NCBI GenBank assembly: GCA_048882485.1
Contig: JBHLRP010000001.1
Coordinates: forward strand, 128,001-192,000
Length of the DNA stretch: 64,000 nucleotides
Origin: Candidatus Thorarchaeota archaeon
Lineage (GTDB): Archaea > Asgardarchaeota > Thorarchaeia > Thorarchaeales > Thorarchaeaceae
Direction: 5' to 3'
Shown here: positions 1-9,798 of the stretch, in pieces
Position numbering within the stretch: position 1 is the first letter of the stretch
Layout: each line of letters begins with the position of its first letter
Notes under the pieces: generated by a model
Databases searched by the model: none
Seen by the model: only the letters and a program-made list of their open reading frames with translations
Told to the model about the DNA's origin: nothing
Program-made: the position numbers and the translations under genes

Positions 1-135
1 AGTCGTTACATTAAGGAGAAGGAAGCAATAAGCCCAAGGCTAGTTTATTTGCGTCTGACTGTGCTAATTGCTCTTGTGGCATCTATTGCGGCGTTTGGCA
101 TAACGACTGGGCTTGAGATACTATCAGTTGGCTGA
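1..135 (+). CDS. 3' end of a membrane protein (partial, runs off the window start)
   Basis: Frame +1 is open from base 1: SRYIKEKEAISPRLVYLRLTVLIALVASIAAFGITTGLEILSVG, then TGA at 133-135. It contains a hydrophobic helix and converges on the next gene. Confidence 0.55.
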   Translation, partial: SRYIKEKEAISPRLVYLRLTVLIALVASIAAFGITTGLEILSVG

Positions 136-654
136 GAAATCAGCTCTCACCCTGGATAGAAATTCATCAGCCTCTCCTGAATTCCTAAGGACGATTATTG
201 TCTTGCTCTCAGAGTTCTGTGATAAGATCTTGTCAATTACTGGACGACTTCTCTTTGGATAGTTCCATATCCACTTAATGAAGTCAAGGTCTATCTTCTC
301 ATAGCAACCTGGAGCCAACTCTGGTCGGACCTGTCCTCTATGCAAAAGCCGTCTCTTGAACACACGCCAGAAGGACACTCTTCTTGGCACATCAAGGAAA
401 ATTGCTGTATCAGCACGCTTGATCCTCATTTCAAGCGTAGATGAATAGTTACCATCCATAACCCAGCTATCCTGCGAAATTAATTCGCCCACAACCTCAA
501 ACCAATCTTCCTGGGGTGTTTCAGCCCAGTCTGGTTTCCAATAATATGAATCTAGGTGAATGCATGGAACACCTATCAAGTCAGCAAGATTCTCTGCAAA
601 GGTGGACTTTCCGGATCCAGATGGCCCAAGCACTAGGACGCGTTTCATTGGCAA
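124..654 (-). CDS. P-loop kinase, FlaR/topology modulation protein (adenylate kinase-like) family
   Basis: Walker A GPSGSGKST, IHLDSYYW and WVMDGNY motifs typical of this family. Confidence 0.85.
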   Translation of the reverse strand: MPMKRVLVLGPSGSGKSTFAENLADLIGVPCIHLDSYYWKPDWAETPQEDWFEVVGELISQDSWVMDGNYSSTLEMRIKRADTAIFLDVPRRVSFWRVFKRRLLHRGQVRPELAPGCYEKIDLDFIKWIWNYPKRSRPVIDKILSQNSESKTIIVLRNSGEADEFLSRVRADFSAN

Positions 655-715
655 TCAGATGATTTGCCCCTAGAGATAAGCCCACCGATATGTGTGCACC
701 TTTTAACCGGGGATA

Positions 716-2398
716 TTGGAATTATTATTGAGGGTGATTATGGGAGTTTCTAGAGGTGAACTTGCTCTTTCAATCATGATGCGAGATTATGTGAGAGTTG
801 AAAGACTAGTTGACATGAAAACTCAGGAGATTGGCTGGACGAAGACAGCGAAACATCTTGCACGGCTCAGAAATTGTGAAACTGTTCCTGGAAATTCGCT
901 CTTTCCTATTCGAAAGGGAACATTTCGAGATTCCATGATTAGGGTGCTAGGATTAGAGTCCATTAGCGGAATAGACACCGACCTTCTTATTGGATTTCGT
1001 GAAATCAACGCCAGCAATCTAAATGAACTTCGCAGAGAGATTATGGAGCTATCGCTTGACATTCTTCGAAATCAGATCAGACAAAGAAACACGTTCTTTC
1101 TTGACACCGATGCAATGTCAACCTCGCCGTATGCAATCCTTGTCGCAGACCTACTTGAATCTAGATGTGCGGAGATTTCTGATCTTGCATCCAAGCCTAG
1201 TCTATGGGAAGTCTTCTCAACCTACTATGGATTTGTAGTCATCACCACTGGATCCGTAGAGAATGGCTTCGCTGGCGCGTCCAAGGAGGCAATAGAAGGT
1301 ATTGAGAACTTATCTCAGCAATTTGGTGACCAGGTCAAGATTCCAGCGAGACTAATTAAGCAATCCAAAGCCGCCTTCAGCAATTGCTCGCATTACACGA
1401 AGAAGTTGCTTTGGAGCCTTCTCCGGGTGGCCGCTTCTGGTTATGATAAGCGTTCAACCGCGGTTCGAGAGCTTGGAAATCTAGGGGACGAAAGGGCGCT
1501 TACTCTTTTGCACTCCAGATTGGAGTCAAATAGCGGATGGGTGATGCCTCCCCTCATTGAAGCAGTAGGGAAGATTGGTGACCCTAGCTCATTGGAGCTA
1601 TTGAGGAAGCTGCTTGATGGACGATACACAAAGAAGAACGCAATTCTTGCCTTGGGAGGAATCAGACATCCCTCAGTGCTGAGCCACATTAAGAGCGCCA
1701 TGGACTCCGAAAGACATCTGGAAACTCCGGGGATAATGGCTCTTGGTGAAAGCAGACATCCTGATGCAGTGCCAATTCTCCTCAAGATTCTCAGGACAAA
1801 GAGGGGGAGAAAGAGAGTTCATGCCATGTATTCTCTTCTAAATATTGGGAAGGAAGGAATTGAGGTCTTGAAAACAAACAGGAACTTCATCTCTGGGGCC
1901 ATTAGAAGCTCTGGCGTTCCGGGAAGAGCCATTGAGATTGCTCAAGCCCTGCCAAACTTCCAATGGGGAACTGCAGAGATTGAAGCGATTGCGAAGGTCA
2001 TTACTAAACGCACTCACATGAAAGGTCTCGCTGAAGTATTGCGAGAGCTACCGGAAGTCCTCAGCGATGTTCGAATAGTCGGTGCTATAATCCGAGTATA
2101 CAGAGATGCATATTCTCAAGAAACGACTCGAAGCAGTCAATCCTATTCCTATTACTCCTATAGGTCAAGAAGGAAATCAATGAGGGCTCTTAGAAAGGTG
2201 CGTGAATTGGAGCGAGCCCGAGTTATTGATGCAATAGCTCAATCAATTCTATTGGCAGAAGGCTCAATTCAATCAGCGAGGATGATCGCCAGCTGCGAAC
2301 ATCTTATGAAATACTCCACTCTGCGTGATGCAGTGATGCAAGTCCTCAACAAAGGAAAACCTTGTATTCTGACTGCATTTGAATCATGGTTTAGGTAA
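716..2398 (+). CDS. HEAT-repeat (PBS lyase-like) protein
   Basis: Repeats such as AVRELGNLGDERALTLL, AVGKIGDPSSLELL, ALGGIRHPSVLSHI and ALGESRHPDAVPILL. The start is uncertain; ATG 740 follows a GAGGGTGA SD. Confidence 0.75.
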   Translation: MELLLRVIMGVSRGELALSIMMRDYVRVERLVDMKTQEIGWTKTAKHLARLRNCETVPGNSLFPIRKGTFRDSMIRVLGLESISGIDTDLLIGFREINASNLNELRREIMELSLDILRNQIRQRNTFFLDTDAMSTSPYAILVADLLESRCAEISDLASKPSLWEVFSTYYGFVVITTGSVENGFAGASKEAIEGIENLSQQFGDQVKIPARLIKQSKAAFSNCSHYTKKLLWSLLRVAASGYDKRSTAVRELGNLGDERALTLLHSRLESNSGWVMPPLIEAVGKIGDPSSLELLRKLLDGRYTKKNAILALGGIRHPSVLSHIKSAMDSERHLETPGIMALGESRHPDAVPILLKILRTKRGRKRVHAMYSLLNIGKEGIEVLKTNRNFISGAIRSSGVPGRAIEIAQALPNFQWGTAEIEAIAKVITKRTHMKGLAEVLRELPEVLSDVRIVGAIIRVYRDAYSQETTRSSQSYSYYSYRSRRKSMRALRKVRELERARVIDAIAQSILLAEGSIQSARMIASCEHLMKYSTLRDAVMQVLNKGKPCILTAFESWFR

Positions 2399-2716
2399 TA
2401 GAACCTAGATGAGTGACTAGTATCACTCGTATCTTCCGAGCAGCGGTTTCAATAGGCACCCTAACTCGTTGCTGCTTCTCATGCATTTGATTGAGGACCT
2501 ATCTTGACTTATAATTGAGCTACGCTGGCGGAAATATTCATATACAAAACGGGGGGCACCCTGAATGGGTGTTCGAATGAAGACGGAATATCTCAAAGGA
2601 TGAAACCCGCACAACACACGACTTCTTACGCATCATGCCGTGTTGTTGAGCGGCAGGATGCATGTGACACTCGAACATCATATCAATCCCCTACGATTCT
2701 GGGGAGGTACTAAACG

Positions 2717-3709
2717 TTGAAACAAACTACAATAGAAATAGAAGACCTGTCTAAGACTTTCATTAGTGTTAGAAGAAGAGCAATCGTGGTTCCCGTAGAG
2801 AGGAAGAGAGTCGAGGCTCTAAAGTCAGTATCACTGGATATTCCGCATGGGCAGGTCTATGGTCTCCTGGGACCGAATGGAGCCGGAAAGACGACGCTCA
2901 TCAAATGTCTGGCGACTCTAGTGATACCTACCTCGGGCACTGCCAAGGTGATGGGTTTTGACATTCTCAAGGACCCTACTCACGTGAGAGCCTGCATGGG
3001 AGTATGTCAGGGCAATGAGCGATCCATCTATTGGAAGCTCACTGCGCGAGAGAACCTCATTTTCTTCAGCAAGCTGTATCGTATGCCGCACAATGAGGCA
3101 AAGGATCGAGCAGACGAACTTCTGGGGAGAATGGGCCTACTGGAGAAAGCTGACGAGAAGACGGAGAATCTTTCGCATGGCATGCGCATGAAGATAGTCT
3201 TCGCACGGTCTCTGCTCCACGACCCTCCGATTCTGCTGTTCGACGAACCGACGCAAGGGCTCGATCCAACATTCGCATCGGATCTCAGAACTTACATTAA
3301 GCAAGAGCTGCGTGACAAGACAATTCTGCTGACGACACACTACATGCATGAAGCGGACCTACTCTGTGACAAGATTGCTCTCATCAATGAGGGAGAGATT
3401 AAGAGCTTTGGAACACCTCATGACTTGAAGGAAGAGGTACGCGACTATGACAGCCTTCACATGAGGCTTGTTGGCACACCAGACCTGGAAACCATCAATA
3501 GCATGGACATGGTTATGTCGGCTTCGATGACAGAGAGGAATGGCCATTCGGACTTGGTCGTCACGGCACAGGATGGATACGAGCTAGCCCATAAGCTGCT
3601 TAACTTGATGCATAGCACAGCTGGAGTCAAAGTCGAACACTTCGAGGTCAAGGAGCCAACTCTTGATGACGTGTTCTTGAAACTGACTGGAAGGAGGATT
3701 GAGGATTGA
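2717..3709 (+). CDS. ABC-2/DrrA-type exporter ATP-binding subunit
   Basis: Walker A GPNGAGKTT, signature LSHGMR, Walker B LLFDEPT, H-loop TTHYM, C-terminal EPTLDDVFLKLTG. TTG start with GGAGGT SD. Confidence 0.92.
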   Translation: MKQTTIEIEDLSKTFISVRRRAIVVPVERKRVEALKSVSLDIPHGQVYGLLGPNGAGKTTLIKCLATLVIPTSGTAKVMGFDILKDPTHVRACMGVCQGNERSIYWKLTARENLIFFSKLYRMPHNEAKDRADELLGRMGLLEKADEKTENLSHGMRMKIVFARSLLHDPPILLFDEPTQGLDPTFASDLRTYIKQELRDKTILLTTHYMHEADLLCDKIALINEGEIKSFGTPHDLKEEVRDYDSLHMRLVGTPDLETINSMDMVMSASMTERNGHSDLVVTAQDGYELAHKLLNLMHSTAGVKVEHFEVKEPTLDDVFLKLTGRRIED

Positions 3710-4611
3710 CAGAAACCTCACTTGCCTCAAAAGAGGCGCGTGCATTCCCCAATGGCTCTGAGTATCTGGTCAAGTTCAAGCCGGTCCTATTTGACTGGAA
3801 GGCTGCAATAATCATTGCGAAGAAGAACCTCAGACTGGCAATCAGGTATCCCGCGAATCTTCTGATTTGGGGAATATTACCGGTCTTGTGGTTTGCACCA
3901 TTCATCCTAATGGCGACGGCGATTGCAGGTCCAGAGGCAACCACACATTTCACTGAGCTGTCTGGGTTTGACGACTATATCACCTTCTGTGTCATCGGAT
4001 GGTTTGTGATCATGTTTCTGGACAATAGTATATGGGGTATTGGCAACAACTTCAGATGGGAGCAGTTCAGCGGAACCCTTGAACCATTGTTCATGGCACC
4101 AGTGCCAAGAGTGAGCCTACTATTGGGAGCGGCTTTCTCGGACAGCCTTCAGGCTGTCTTCCAGACGATTGTCCTGGTTACAATCTCCAGCCTCATATTC
4201 GGGCCACTCTATACATTGACACAGATACTGCCAATTGTCGTGATTCTGCTTGTGATGATCATTGCATTGTATGGATTCGCCTTCATGGTTGCAGGGTTGA
4301 TTATTGTGTTCAAGGATCCGAGTGTCTTGACACAGTTGGTTTCGGAAGTCACTTGGATGATCTCGCCTGTTCAATATCCCTTAGCTGTCCTTCCAGGACC
4401 TGCGAGATTCGCAGCATATCTGATTCCAACCACCCTCGCGATAGTGACTATCCGGGAACTAGCGATAACTGGAGTCATGAACCTGATAGGGTTCTTGTCA
4501 ACATTAGCAGGGCTGGGAATCATCGGGCTCTTGTTCTGGATTCTAGGAATGGGGTCATTTAGCTACGCAGAGAAATGGTCTCGACAACGAGGCCATATGG
4601 GAGGGTTCTAA
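3706..4611 (+). CDS. ABC-2 type transporter permease
   Basis: About 6 TM helices; WEQFSGTLEPLFMAP and YPLAVLP motifs; overlaps the ATPase stop. Confidence 0.88.
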   Translation: MTETSLASKEARAFPNGSEYLVKFKPVLFDWKAAIIIAKKNLRLAIRYPANLLIWGILPVLWFAPFILMATAIAGPEATTHFTELSGFDDYITFCVIGWFVIMFLDNSIWGIGNNFRWEQFSGTLEPLFMAPVPRVSLLLGAAFSDSLQAVFQTIVLVTISSLIFGPLYTLTQILPIVVILLVMIIALYGFAFMVAGLIIVFKDPSVLTQLVSEVTWMISPVQYPLAVLPGPARFAAYLIPTTLAIVTIRELAITGVMNLIGFLSTLAGLGIIGLLFWILGMGSFSYAEKWSRQRGHMGGF

Positions 4612-4612
4612 G

Positions 4613-5500
4613 ATGACTGAAACGATTGAAGTCAAGAATTCAACCATCTTCGAAAAGATGTGGAAAAGGGAAGGCCTGCGAGCGGAGCTAAGGGCAGCCA
4701 ACGCATTAGCCATCAAGCAATGGAAGGTTGAATTCAGCTATCCTCTTAGTGTGCTTTGGTTTATCGTAATGCCTCTTCTTTGGTTCATCCCTCTTCTACT
4801 TACGGGAGTTGCGGTAAGCGGAGGAGCGGAGTCTACATACCTCGAAAGGATGGTTGGCACGGGTGACTGGTTGAGCTATGTCGCAATTGGCAGCGCATAT
4901 GCCGGGCTAGCTATCAGTATGATGTGGGGCACTGGATTCGCTCTCCGTCGAGAACAGAATGTGGGCACTCTTGAGACCCTGATGTCAACGCCAATGAGCA
5001 AAGGAACTCTTGTCTGGGGGTCTTCACTCCATAATCTTCAACATGGGGGCCTCGGAGTTATTCTCCAACTGATAGGCGCAGTCGCCATATTTGGAGTGCA
5101 GCTCGATATCTGGGGAGTACTACCGGCTCTAGGAGTAGTAGCTCTATCTATCATTGCGATGCAGGGACTCGTCTTCACAGTTGTCTGCATCATCCTGCTG
5201 GCCAAACAGGCATGGATGGTGGTCGAGCTACTGTCAAGTGTATTGTTCCTGGTAGCTCCGATGTCCTACCCAATTGCGGTGTTGCCACCAGTCCTCCAGT
5301 ACATATCAATGGTATCTCCATTGACATGGTCTGTAGAGGGCTTTCGTGGATTCTTGATGGGCAGCCTCGGTGGCTCTCTCGTGGTGAATGCCATCATTGC
5401 ACTCATAGTGTTGGATGTGGTGTTCCTTGTACTGGGCGTCCTCATGTTCAGATATACTGAGGAATATGTCAGAAGAAAAGGTGCACTCTCGCAGTTCTAG
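4613..5500 (+). CDS. ABC-2 type transporter permease (second subunit)
   Basis: REQNVGTLETLMSTP, YPIAVLP and SPLTW motifs; about 6 TMs; paralog of the preceding gene. Confidence 0.88.
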   Translation: MTETIEVKNSTIFEKMWKREGLRAELRAANALAIKQWKVEFSYPLSVLWFIVMPLLWFIPLLLTGVAVSGGAESTYLERMVGTGDWLSYVAIGSAYAGLAISMMWGTGFALRREQNVGTLETLMSTPMSKGTLVWGSSLHNLQHGGLGVILQLIGAVAIFGVQLDIWGVLPALGVVALSIIAMQGLVFTVVCIILLAKQAWMVVELLSSVLFLVAPMSYPIAVLPPVLQYISMVSPLTWSVEGFRGFLMGSLGGSLVVNAIIALIVLDVVFLVLGVLMFRYTEEYVRRKGALSQF

Positions 5501-5510
5501 AGAGAATTCC

Positions 5511-5553
5511 AAAAAAAGAGATAGAATGGCAAGGAGGTTGACCCCCTTGCCAT
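5511..5553 (-). terminator. Hairpin plus U-tract terminator between convergent genes
   Basis: Stem ATGGCAAGG (5526-5534) / CCTTGCCAT (5545-5553). The A7 tract at 5511-5517 reads as a U-tract on the minus strand. Confidence 0.6.
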
Positions 5554-5593
5554 GTCATTTCTTAGACTGGTATTTAATCAGTCCTATCCAATG

Positions 5594-7918
5594 CTAGTCC
5601 TTGAACTTCTTGACATAGATGACATAGACGACGACTATGACACCAACGCCCAATCCAACTGGCAATGCAATAGAGCCCAGGATCGCTAGAATGTCGGGTC
5701 CGACTGGCGATATCTCAGGAAGTTCCAGCAATTGTGTCACCATTGGGGTGATCTGTATCCACAGGAATCCGTCCGTCCCCAAATTCCTCACAGCATAGAT
5801 CCGAAGATGGGAAACATCGGATATTGCTCCGAACTGGAATGATATGTCTGGCAGACTTCCAGTCTGAGCGACACTCAAGTCGCTCCATGCAGTGTCATGA
5901 GAACGTCCATCCACTTCGCTGAAGAGAATCGCTTCGAAGGTGGTGATCTCTCCGGTTCGGATCGACACATTATACCATGTTCCTTTAGTGGTGTTTAGGT
6001 CCACACCGTAGTACTCCACGGAATCTGCTGGTAGTGGCAGTGTGAAGTTATATGAATCCACTGCGGAAGCTACATCCAAGGATGTAGTATCATCATAGAA
6101 TGTGCTGAGTCTATTCACCCATTCAATTGTGAGATTCACGGGATAATCTTGGTAATGGTTTGTCGCTCCTACAGTGTTGTTTGCCACATCGTACGCACAG
6201 ATCCCCACAAAAGCTAGTCCTTCATGCCAGATTCTAGATCCCAGCATGTAGGTCACATTATTCGGATCTGAAGGATTTGTCATCAGAGATGACCCATCCC
6301 ACCAGTTTGCCAAGTCGACGTTCATATTAGCTAGGACTAAATCAGACAAGTCTCTCACTGTTATTTCAAGTGATACGGTGACATTATCATGGTTGTCCAG
6401 ATATAGCGATAGATTGTACAACTGAAAGACACTCGTTGGAACAAAGAATCCACCCAGGCGGACTATACTCGCTTCTGCTTCAGTCGTTATGGGGCCCAAG
6501 TTGAATTCAATCCACTCATTAACACCACTAGCAACCCCAATTTCGACCATGTAGTCACCTGCAGGCAGGTAGTAGTCTGTGGCACCAGCAAGAGTATTTG
6601 CGTCGGTGATGGAACGTTCGACACGATATCCGTCCTCGTACTCCGCCACAATTCTGATGACAAAATCATTAACCCCTACAGCAGTAGAGTTCACCCTTAG
6701 AATCGAGTCCTCCTCAAGGGTCAATCGATAAGCCCTGGTATCTGTCGTGCTGAAGTAGTTCTCGATCTGGAACTCCTGGTTCACAGGAAGTGGGCTTTCA
6801 TCAATTGCTCGATGATACAATGTGTATTCTACGTTGTCACCGCCCATAACAGTGACATAGTGCGTGTCGCCGATGTAGTTGTACACACCAGATGTAGGGG
6901 GTTCAATGGCATCGACATATCGAGAACCGCCATCATATCCGTACTCGAATGAATCACTAGTAAAGAATATGGCAGGTGGCTGAGTTATGCCCGGGAACAT
7001 CTCAGGATAGTTGTAAGAATAGCTGATTGACGCAAGACTATCCGGCGACCAGAACTTATAGGTATGAGCTGTAGGAGCCAGTTCTTTATGGACGAGACTG
7101 CCAGTTTCATCATTTATGACTATTTCTCCAGTGGGCAATTCTCCTGTGACAACCTCGTCTATCCCAATCCTCTGAGGCGACACAGCTGTTGGAAAAATGT
7201 CGAAAAGAGTATTGAGGGTCGATCCAGGAGTCGCTTGGAGAATGACGATATACGTTCCATCAATCGAGGGATTGAATGGAATCAACACTATGTCACCCTC
7301 AGATCCGATTGTTGAAGCCATGAATCGACCTTCCGGATCTACAACGCTGACACTCCATCCCACGTCATCTTGTCTGCAGTCTATTGTCAGATGCACAAAT
7401 TCCTGCCCAGTGACCGGAAGCGTTCCGTAGTAGACAGAATCCCGTTCGACCATGACCGGGGTATGCTGGCCAAAGGCCAATGAGAACGTCCTTGTTTCCA
7501 GGGTGGTATTAACAACTACTCCGCTACCATCAGAAGCTGTGAAGTCGTAGAAATTTGGGAGCCGAGTAGGATTTCCGTATGTACCTGTTGCAAAGCCTTG
7601 ATAGTTCATCCAATAGAATGGAGAATTGGCTGGTTCAAAACCCGAAGACTGAGCACGTGCCCAGCCAGTATTGTCGTAGGAGTATCTATAGTAATCAAGA
7701 TCCTCATTCAAATGAATAGTGGCACGAGATACATGGTCTAGCGGGTCGGGCTCAAGATACAGATATGTATGATTATTCGTTCCGTAATGAAACGCTTGAT
7801 TGTACTTCTCGATAGCAATCTGCGACTGCAGTGCGGCGACGGGAGTGACTAGGGATCCCATCAGAAATGCAAACGCTATTGCTACCCCTAGAATTATTCT
7901 TGTATTGATGTGCTTCAT
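5594..7918 (-). CDS. Secreted, C-terminally membrane-anchored surface glycoprotein with beta-sandwich (PPC-like) domains
   Basis: N-terminal signal peptide, Tyr/Thr/Asp-rich beta-strand composition, NxS/T sequons, and a C-terminal TM followed by KKFKD. Confidence 0.75.
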   Translation of the reverse strand: MKHINTRIILGVAIAFAFLMGSLVTPVAALQSQIAIEKYNQAFHYGTNNHTYLYLEPDPLDHVSRATIHLNEDLDYYRYSYDNTGWARAQSSGFEPANSPFYWMNYQGFATGTYGNPTRLPNFYDFTASDGSGVVVNTTLETRTFSLAFGQHTPVMVERDSVYYGTLPVTGQEFVHLTIDCRQDDVGWSVSVVDPEGRFMASTIGSEGDIVLIPFNPSIDGTYIVILQATPGSTLNTLFDIFPTAVSPQRIGIDEVVTGELPTGEIVINDETGSLVHKELAPTAHTYKFWSPDSLASISYSYNYPEMFPGITQPPAIFFTSDSFEYGYDGGSRYVDAIEPPTSGVYNYIGDTHYVTVMGGDNVEYTLYHRAIDESPLPVNQEFQIENYFSTTDTRAYRLTLEEDSILRVNSTAVGVNDFVIRIVAEYEDGYRVERSITDANTLAGATDYYLPAGDYMVEIGVASGVNEWIEFNLGPITTEAEASIVRLGGFFVPTSVFQLYNLSLYLDNHDNVTVSLEITVRDLSDLVLANMNVDLANWWDGSSLMTNPSDPNNVTYMLGSRIWHEGLAFVGICAYDVANNTVGATNHYQDYPVNLTIEWVNRLSTFYDDTTSLDVASAVDSYNFTLPLPADSVEYYGVDLNTTKGTWYNVSIRTGEITTFEAILFSEVDGRSHDTAWSDLSVAQTGSLPDISFQFGAISDVSHLRIYAVRNLGTDGFLWIQITPMVTQLLELPEISPVGPDILAILGSIALPVGLGVGVIVVVYVIYVKKFKD

Positions 7919-8014
7919 TGCACATCATCACCTCTGCCAATCAATTTACGCTCATATTGTTATGAATAAACGTTGTATCTTGTTGAGGTGGAGTGGTGCA
8001 AGCTTCGCTTCTTT

Positions 8015-8935
8015 CTATAGTTGCTCGGCGTCGCGCTGATAGAGGTTCATCTTATCGTAGTACTTGTAGAACCTTCGAGTTATGTCACCAAACTCATCCC
8101 AAATAATCCGTGTGATTCTGCCAAACTCGGGAGGCGTTACTGCAAAGACTGCTTTTCGTGCTATGCTTTCTCCAATCAAGCGTCTAGCCCGCATCATCTC
8201 ACTCTTTGATATTGCGAATGCCTTTAGTGTATTCAACGCCTTTGTGACTGATCTCTCTCTGAAAGAGAAGAAATACTTCAGCACTTCTTTGAAAAACTGC
8301 TCTGACGGAACTTCGAATTTCGGTGCCACTCCCTTGAGCTGTAGGAGTGCGGCATCTACATTGGGAGATGGATAAAACTTTGTCTTCGAAATAGTGTGTA
8401 GAAGCCTTGCTTCAGTTCTTCTTGCCGCTTGAACGCTAATGCGACTATATCCTCTATCACCGGGTTTTGCTGTGATTCGCCTCGTTAATCGCTCCTGGCA
8501 AACGAGAATGGCAAGATCGAAGTCATAATTAACTAGCTTGAAGATTATTGGAAGGGCGACCTTGAAGGGCAGATTTGATACAACTTTGTTGAAGAACGGG
8601 AACTCGGCAGTCAATGCGTCATCGAATATAACTTCTAGATTGGGAGAACGCTTCTGTAGGTCTGTAAGGATATTTCGAAATTGAGTATCTATTTCAACAG
8701 CTACTACATGTTTTGCTTTGCGCGTAAGTGCTTCGGTCAATATGCCTATGCCTGGTCCAATCTCAAGTACCGTGTCCTTCTTACGCACCTCCGCCAAAGA
8801 AACCTCTCTGTCAATGAGATTTCTGTCAATAATGAAGTTCTGTCCATGTTCCGCATCCGGAACAATTCCATATCTTGACAGAAGGGGTCGAATCTTGACA
8901 GGAGGACGCTTCTTGGACTTTGACACACCACTCAC
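8015..8935 (-). CDS. rsmA: 16S rRNA adenine dimethyltransferase KsgA/Dim1
   Basis: HGQNFII, VLEIGPGIG, VEID, VSNLPF, YSRISV and FYPSPNVDA motifs. Confidence 0.9.
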   Translation of the reverse strand: MSGVSKSKKRPPVKIRPLLSRYGIVPDAEHGQNFIIDRNLIDREVSLAEVRKKDTVLEIGPGIGILTEALTRKAKHVVAVEIDTQFRNILTDLQKRSPNLEVIFDDALTAEFPFFNKVVSNLPFKVALPIIFKLVNYDFDLAILVCQERLTRRITAKPGDRGYSRISVQAARRTEARLLHTISKTKFYPSPNVDAALLQLKGVAPKFEVPSEQFFKEVLKYFFSFRERSVTKALNTLKAFAISKSEMMRARRLIGESIARKAVFAVTPPEFGRITRIIWDEFGDITRRFYKYYDKMNLYQRDAEQL

Positions 8936-9727
8936 CTATTTGTGAACCAGTTTTGCTGCACCATCATGATAGACTCGCATTCGTTTTCCCCGCAAAGCTC
9001 CAATGAGTGTAATGTCGCCTTTCTTGGCAACTTTGACTCCAGCATCCGTTGCAACCGATGATGACACCAAGAGAGGTATGGAGGACCATGCGCATTTCGA
9101 AACAACATCCGCAGTGAGTCTGCCGCTGCTGACTAGGAGGCATTTTCTCAGGTCCTTTGATTTTGCAACTGCTAGCCCGATGCATTTGTCAACAGCATTA
9201 TGTCGCCCCAAATCCTCTGCCATTAATCGGACTTCGCTGCCTATCTCTTGAATGAGTGCTGCATGAGTGGCGCCAGTCTTCTTATGGACTTCTTGTGCCT
9301 CTCTCATCTCTGAATATATAGAGAAAATCAGGTCTGGCAGAACCTCTAGCGTGAAATCAAGTCGTGGTATCTCTCCACCAGTACGAAGAGTCCTAAGCAT
9401 GTCTGGAGCTGAGCACTCTGTTGTCACTACGCGCCGTATAGCAGGTTCTTCTGACTTTCTTGCCTCAGCTCCCTTCACTAATTTGACACTACATCGATTG
9501 TTTACAGTTTTCACTGAGGCGATGTGATTCGGTTGCGCAACTATGCCAGAAGACAGGAGATAGCCAACAGCTAGCTCATCCTCAAAGCCTGGAGTGCATA
9601 CAAAAGCCGCAATGAAATCATCATCTAGCCTGAGCTCTAGCGCTGTTTCAATTGCAATGGCATCTTCTTCTGCAAACCGCTCTCCTCCCTTATAGAGGAC
9701 CGTTGGTAGCATCCTGTATTCACGCAT
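8936..9727 (-). CDS. fdhD: Formate dehydrogenase accessory sulfurtransferase FdhD
   Basis: TPGFEDELAVGYLLS, TGATHAA, EDLGRHNAVDKCIG and SSGRLTADVVSK motifs. Confidence 0.92.
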   Translation of the reverse strand: MREYRMLPTVLYKGGERFAEEDAIAIETALELRLDDDFIAAFVCTPGFEDELAVGYLLSSGIVAQPNHIASVKTVNNRCSVKLVKGAEARKSEEPAIRRVVTTECSAPDMLRTLRTGGEIPRLDFTLEVLPDLIFSIYSEMREAQEVHKKTGATHAALIQEIGSEVRLMAEDLGRHNAVDKCIGLAVAKSKDLRKCLLVSSGRLTADVVSKCAWSSIPLLVSSSVATDAGVKVAKKGDITLIGALRGKRMRVYHDGAAKLVHK

Positions 9728-9798
9728 GCGGGAACCACCTCAGATTTCGAGGTCACTGTAGAGAAATCGAGTCATGCAGTAGATAAACCCAGAGGGTA

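Noticed and set aside
2130-2180. TCCTATTCCTATTACTCCTAT micro-repeat (SYSYYSY) in the HEAT protein
   Set aside because: A short in-frame low-complexity patch with no evidence of phase variation.
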